Source: Antedon mediterranea (taxonomy: Eukaryota > Animalia > Echinodermata). From it: a DNA stretch of 64,000 nt. The translations under genes were made by a program, and so were the position numbers. The first letter of the stretch is position 1. The number at the start of each line of letters is the position of its first letter. The notes under the pieces are model-generated. The model searched no databases. It was not told the DNA's origin and was given only the letters and a program-made list of their open reading frames with translations. The DNA lies in contig NC_092674.1 in the NCBI RefSeq assembly GCF_964355755.1, positions 31,310,001 to 31,374,000 of the forward strand, written 5' to 3'. Shown here one piece after another: positions 61,031 to 64,000 of this stretch.

Positions 61031-61139
61031 ACAACAGGCATAGAAATAAATTCCAAACCGCCCGGTGATACACTGAAAATTATTTAATTAATTTTTGAAA
61101 CGATATATATATATGTTCATTGCCTAATGTGTTTATATA

Positions 61140-61333
61140 TATATATAAATCATACTGTAAATTATAGAAACAGTGCTCATATTCGGAACATGATCTCATA
61201 ATCGCGTCGAGCATAGCTCATTGGCGAAAGTTCCATATGGAACTTTCGCCAATGAGCTATGCTCGACGCGATTATGAGATCATGTTCCGAATATGAGCAC
61301 TGTTTCTATAATTTACAGTATGATTTATATATA
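61140..61333. repeat. Perfect 194-bp palindrome with no spacer
   Basis: Centre ttccat|atggaa at 61236/61237; the 97-bp arms are exactly complementary. Confidence 0.97.
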
Positions 61334-61361
61334 ATTTACACAGTGCTACGCAACATCATTG

Positions 61362-61364
<3 letters not shown>

Positions 61365-61455
<91 letters not shown>
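61365..61455. repeat. (TA)n microsatellite
   Basis: ~45 TA units. Confidence 0.98.
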
Positions 61456-61458
<3 letters not shown>

Positions 61459-63169
61459 GGTTTGAAAGCTTATAAAAAAACGAAAGTAGGAAACGAATTA
61501 TTTGTATTAAAATTAGTATTGAACGAATAAACCGAACTTAAAATAAGTGACGAACGAATAAACCAACATTTGTCTTATCTATCGGTGCAATATAAATCCT
61601 AAATGTTATTTTAATTACAATTTAAAATGTTGACTATTGTTTGATTATTTGTTGGCAAATATATAATTAAATGCCTGTATCTTTAACAAAATATATAATT
61701 AAATGCCTCTATCTTTAACAAAATATATACAGTACATCAATACTGATGGGAAAACGCCAACAGAGCGGCAACATCTAACAAATAAAAGTTTGTATAAGGA
61801 TTTGGCGAAAATTATTGACCACGTGTGAATTGGTTCCGGCCTGAGGTCATCTGTCAAGTTTTATTGATGCAAGTGGTCAGTGATATAAGCAAGAAGTGGC
61901 CTTGTATGGGCCTACTGGTCAAATCAGAATGATTAAAGTCCGAATTCTTGTGTGTTCCAAGTTGAATATTATTGAGTTTGATAGGGGGTTTCCCCATGAC
62001 TCAAGCTGCCAGCTTTTACAGTTTTTATGTGTGGTTGTTGTTTACAGTTTGTATTTAGTTACTCTACTTTCATAATGTCTAACAATACAATTACATTTAA
62101 ATAAAACAAACCATATAAACGAGTTGTAGGCGACCAAAAAAAAAGGAAACATTAAAAAAGTTGTTTCAACTAATCCTTTATGATTTTGTTTTTTTGCTTG
62201 TGTTTTGTTTTTTTCAAAGTCTCGAATCTTTAAATTGAAAAGTCAACTTTAAATGCAGTACAAAAAACCCCCAACATTCTGACATTAATAATAGGCCTAC
62301 AAAATATTGTTAATTGTTTTAATTAAAATACTGTATATAGTTAAAAAATAATGTTCTATGGTGGGTCCTTTATATTTCGTCGCTTAATGCGCCTAGAGCA
62401 CCATTAGTTTGCAACAAAATCAGAAATGCAAATTGTTTCACGGAGTATTTCACTAATCAAACAATCTGCTTTATTAAACAAACATTACAGTATAATAGGC
62501 TAGATACATGAGGAAGGAATGATGACCTCTCGAGGTCAACTGGAATCGAACGGGAATAGACAACCAACCAGAGCCATATGGATGTCACGTTTGGAGAAGG
62601 ATTGTGATTTATTGTAATTTGTACCCGTTTTATCGAGTAAACTTGTTCATTCTGGGAGATATGTCATCATTAGCCGAGAAAAATGACCGATAAGTGATTA
62701 CGATTCTTGATGAGTAAAGAAACCCGCGTTGAAATTGTTGTTGCCGCCTGAATTTCATGGGCAGTCCGACGGTAAAACGATTAAGTTAGAACAATTTACA
62801 TCGGTTGATGGGGTGGGCATTAACGCTATAAAAACCCTATATAATTTGTTTTCGTTCATTTTATACCGATATTCGATTTTAAACCAGAAATACACTAAAT
62901 ATTATGAATGTACTCCTTTTCTTTAATCGACAAATATTAACAACAATCAAATATTGAAGAATAATTTAGAAAATAAAATCCAATATTATATTTAAACATT
63001 TGTACTTAAGTATTTTAACATTTAGTCAGTGCTTAAAGTATCTCAATATTCTGGAATAATTTAATTGCCAAAAATTGAATAAAGACTAGAATATTTCACA
63101 ATAGATAAAAACAAACTAAAATCCTTTTCAAACTTTAGTGGTGTAACATATACACTTTGGTGGATGGGT

Positions 63170-63250
63170 AAGTGGGCGGACCACAGGTACAACGAACCGC
63201 CTGCTGACATTGGGTGACAAGTTGAATGAAACGCGAGCTGTGATTGGCTA
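63170..63250 (+). promoter_or_regulatory. Putative mab-21 proximal promoter (GC box and inverted CCAAT)
   Basis: gggcgg at ~63174 and gattggct at ~63242, about 300 bp upstream of the ATG. Confidence 0.35.
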
Positions 63251-63528
63251 GCGCCATCACGTTGTGCAGATTACCTCACTGGCCACAATAAGTGACAGGC
63301 GTATTTTTACACATGATGGCTCACGCCGTACTTGAGCAGCGATGAGACAATTCTACCAGTATTTTGAGAGTTTGTAAATACTGTACTAGTATAGATGTCA
63401 ACTAGATACCGATCGATTCACACATGTCATAAAGGTGGAGCAATATTGAACTATTTTATATTCAACTAGGGACCAACCTGGTCGGATTTTAGCATAAACT
63501 AAAATCATCGTGCTGAACTTAAATCCCT

Positions 63529-64000
63529 ATGTCTACCATCATGTTAGCCGGTCAGGACCGACTGATGTATCAGTTAAACAGGTTTACAACTGATAAAGTT
63601 AACGGACGAAAATCAAACATCACTAAAACTATTCGAGAAGTATGTAAAATTGTGACTGAGATTTTAAAAGAAGTGGAGGTGCAGGAACCCAGGTTTATCA
63701 GCTCCCTGGTTGAAACAGAAGGTAGATTTGAAGGCCTGGAAGTAGTAGCACCCACCGAATTTGAAGTTGTCTTGTTTTTAAATCAAATGGGAGTATTTAA
63801 TTTTGTGGACGATGGGTCAGTACCTGGATGTGCTGTCCTAAAATTAAGTGACGGACGAAAGCGATCTATGTCTCTGTGGGTAGAATTTATCACAGCATCT
63901 GGGTACTTGTCGGCTAGAAAAATTCGATCAAGATTCCAAACACTAGTAGCTCAAGCAGTTGATAAGTGCAAATATAGAGACATTGTTAAAATGATAGCCG
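63529..64000 (+). CDS. mab21: Mab-21-like protein (MAB21L1/2 ortholog), 5' partial, nested antisense in the NBEA intron
   Basis: Open frame from ATG 63529 (or 63541): MLAGQDRLMYQLN...KEVEVQEPRFISSL...FEVVLFLNQMGVFNFVDDGSVPGCAVLKLSDGRKRSMSLWVEFITASGYLSARKIRSRFQTLVAQAVDKC, the highly conserved Mab-21 N-terminal half. It is absent from the ORF track because the stop lies outside the window. Confidence 0.97.
   Translation, partial: MSTIMLAGQDRLMYQLNRFTTDKVNGRKSNITKTIREVCKIVTEILKEVEVQEPRFISSLVETEGRFEGLEVVAPTEFEVVLFLNQMGVFNFVDDGSVPGCAVLKLSDGRKRSMSLWVEFITASGYLSARKIRSRFQTLVAQAVDKCKYRDIVKMIA

Noticed and set aside
60844-61459. YIYIYI ORFs
   Set aside because: These are translations of (AT)n microsatellites.

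Overview
This is AT-rich, intron-dense animal genomic DNA, probably from a marine invertebrate deuterostome such as an echinoderm (the taxon is inferred, not established). From left to right it contains: the 5' end of calnexin (-); a complete BBS7 (+, 14 coding exons); a complete SEPT6/8/11-group septin (-, 10 coding exons); a tandemly duplicated ~4 kb block, each copy encoding a secreted, Cys-free, highly acidic repeat protein (19077-20858 and 35951-36703); the 3' 17 exons of neurobeachin/LRBA (-); and the start of mab-21 (+), nested antisense in the large NBEA intron and missing from the ORF track. Between the two duplicated blocks is a palindrome-rich 66/69-bp satellite of ~44 units whose single-copy seed is visible nearby. 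Two elements interrupt it: a 1.07 kb hAT-like element with a 5-bp TSD, and an intact BEL/Pao LTR retrotransposon with identical LTRs and a YVDN RT motif. Also present are a perfect 194-bp spacerless palindrome upstream of mab-21, MITE/SINE/LINE fragments and several minisatellites. Gene calls come from manual translation and recalled homology; no searches were run.
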